Source: Diplonema japonicum (taxonomy: Eukaryota > Protista > Euglenozoa: Diplonemea). Taken from it: a stretch of DNA of 64,000 bases. The notes below the pieces were generated by a model, which was not told the origin of the DNA, searched no databases, and saw only the letters and a list, made by a program, of their open reading frames with translations. The position numbers were made by a program, and so were the translations under genes. The stretch lies in the NCBI GenBank assembly GCA_964019335.1, contig OZ025651.1, positions 248,001 through 312,000 of the forward strand. Reading direction: 5' to 3'. Shown piece by piece: positions 30,001 to 33,000 of this stretch; positions within the stretch are counted from its first letter, which is position 1, and each line of letters starts with the position of its first letter.

Positions 30001-33000
30001 AAATTCGTCACTTCAACAAAATTGAACTGCATGGTTACAAAGGTGCTCGTGTCCACAAGATACGCAGATGACCCGTCGACCAAGCTGGGAGCAAGGGTGT
30101 GCGAGGCGCTTGATGTCTGCATCGTGCTGATGTGCTTTGCTGCGTACGCGTTGTCGGCAAATGGTGAGGCGTCGCCGTCGAAGTTAATTGTGAAGACACC
30201 TTCGTCAAGCACCGAGTTGTCGAAGGAGTACACAAAGTCCTCCAAGTATGCAGTGGCCGACACCTCGTCAATGGTTATCGATGTGACTCCCGACGAGGCG
30301 ATGCCTTCCTTCACGAAAGTGTAGCAGAACACGCTGCCGCACGGAGCCGCCAGAGTAAGCGTCTCCGTTGAGCTCCCCGAACTGCCAGATAGCGTTACAC
30401 TCAAAGTGCTGCCAGAAGTTCCAGAGATGACTGTCATCCTAAAATTTGTGACCTTTTCCGTACCGAAGCTCAGGGCATGGGGAACGGAGGCACTGAGACG
30501 CCAGACGGTCGTTCCTGATAAAGGCGATGTCTCAACAACCCTTGGAGAAAAGCTGTAGATGCGGAAAGGGAGCAAGTCAGTCGGGGATAACGTTGGGCCA
30601 GAGACAACGCTTGCGATGTCAAGCACTTGCTTACTGTTGCCCACTTCCCCCCCTTGGTAGCTGTACCGAATATCGTCCACGATTAAGGTCTCTGTGCAGG
30701 AAAAGAGGATCTCGTCGAACGTTTGGCTGGTTTCCTCGAACTGCGTACAGAAAAACGCACCACCGCAGGAAGTAGTGAAAGACAAAGCAATGGTATCCAC
30801 GTCGACACCCTTCAGTCTAAGCTTCACAGTCGCTATAGCAGCACTGGATTTTGTAGCCAGCATGACAGCCACTCTTGCAGCCTGGAACATGAACCGCACT
30901 GCCGATGGCGAATCCACCTTCCATCCGTTTGTGTTGTCGTAGTTCGAAACAACTGACTCGGCCCCCACACCTACGATTATGTAGTCCTTTACATAGTCTC
31001 CGTGCTTGAAGGAACCAGTTGATGAGTCAAAGTTCACCTCCTTGCGGAGCGGCAGCACTGCGCTATCAAACGAAAAGGACGCAAACTCCAGCATTAAGGT
31101 CTCGCCCTCGTTATTGAACTCGAAACTATTGAAGGGTGTTGATACCACCACCGAGGCACAGAACAGGGACCCGCAAGGGTCGGACAGTGTCACAGTGTGC
31201 AATTGGGTCGTCTTTTGCAAAATCGATACCACACCAAAAGAACGGGAAGTTGGCGACGACAGCACAAAAAACCCATGCTGTGCTGGCTTTTCATCTGTAA
31301 GCTTCGTGGCGGCTGCGCCACCCACCAAAATTGCTCCACCAAGGAATCCTGTCTGTATCTGTGTGTTCCCCGTCTCCAGCACTTCAAGCGGGGGGAACGC
31401 GTACTTCTCCAGGGCGGCCCCAGGTGTCTTATCAATGAAACTAACTGTTTGGTCGCCTTTCTCTTCTTCCGTAGTGCTGACGAAAGAGTAGTAGAGAGTA
31501 GACAGCGAAACAGTACTGGGAGGGAAGGCCTCTATATCGTATTGGCGGTGCCCGTCAGAGGATGATGATGTGTACTCAGCACAAGAAGTAGTGTCGGTGC
31601 AGATTTTAAAGTCGAGTGAGGTGGCCACGCCAGAAGAATCCCGAACGACGACCTTGACATCGTTGGGCACACCCGCAGACTCCGAGATGAAGTGCACCCA
31701 AAATCGAATCTCCTTGACGGGGAGATGGAAACCGAGTGTGCCTGCGCCTGTTATGTCCCATCTGTTGCTGCTAGCTGCGAAGTTGCTTGTGAAGAGCTCC
31801 AAGTGTTGATGGTAGTGCTGACGTTCTAAAACCTCATCGCCCCACGGTGCGACAAAGGCGTCCGTCGGGAATACACTGTCGCCTGTCAAGGAATGCGAGA
31901 TCTCCCTCACGAAAAATGGGTTGGTGGTGGTGGAGACGAAGCTCACCAGCATGACTGGCGTCCCTTCCTCGCGAACAAAGGTTCCACAGTAGACAGTGGC
32001 GCATCGCGTGCCGATGTATACGAAAGTGACGGTTTTAGAGCCGTCTTCGTAATGCTGGGTCACCTTGATGTCCTGAATGGTGGCACTTCTGAATTTAATC
32101 ATCAGATTTGTGGCAGGCAACCATTTTTCGAACCTGAATTTCCCCTCTGCATTGTTAATGACCCACGACTTGCTGTTCTCCGTAGCAGGTGAGATTTCGA
32201 ACACCCCATCGCTTTCGAAGTCGCCGCTGCCGATCGCCTCCAGAGCCTCGAACGTGGCCCTCTTTATCCCCAAGGGGGCAACGTTCCCCCCAGGTGCAAA
32301 CGTGTGCATTATCCTTTCAACTTGAACCTCGACATCCCCAGTAAAGGTCAGCGATTTGACATTTTCAAACGACGCTGATCGGCAGAACCCGCTCTCAGAG
32401 ATACACGGCAATGTAGTTCTGTACGAAACCGCACTGCCACCGTTAATCGAAAATTGCACCTCTGCAGGGACGCTGCTGTATAGAATCAGAACAACCGAGG
32501 CAGACATGTCGGGAAAGCTGATAATCTGCTCGATGCCTGGGCCGACGGGCCATGCGGTAATCCCGCCGGGTCGGGATATTTGAGGGACAGGAGAGGCAAG
32601 AATGTGGTCGGAGGTACCAAAGTGGTCCATATATTTGTTGAGGAAGCCGTCACTGTTCACAGGCGATACGAAGTCAGACTCGTAGATGTCCAACGGCACA
32701 ACGTCCGAGTCGTCGAAGGAGTATGACACTTCAGACAAGCGCATACATCCTGTCGTGTCAGGATCGATCTTGATTTCGTCGATGGCCGCAGTGATTACGG
32801 TCTCGACTACAAAACGTCCGAAATGAGATGCAATGCGTGACGCCACTGCGGTGGTGGACCCCACGACAGCAGAATTAAGACGGTATTCAAGCGGTGCTTT
32901 GCATCCATTTGTGTCGGACGAAAACAGCAGCCTTATTTTCGTCAGGTCGAAGGGGAACCGCATTGTCATTTCATTCGTGACGACGATACCCAGCACGTTG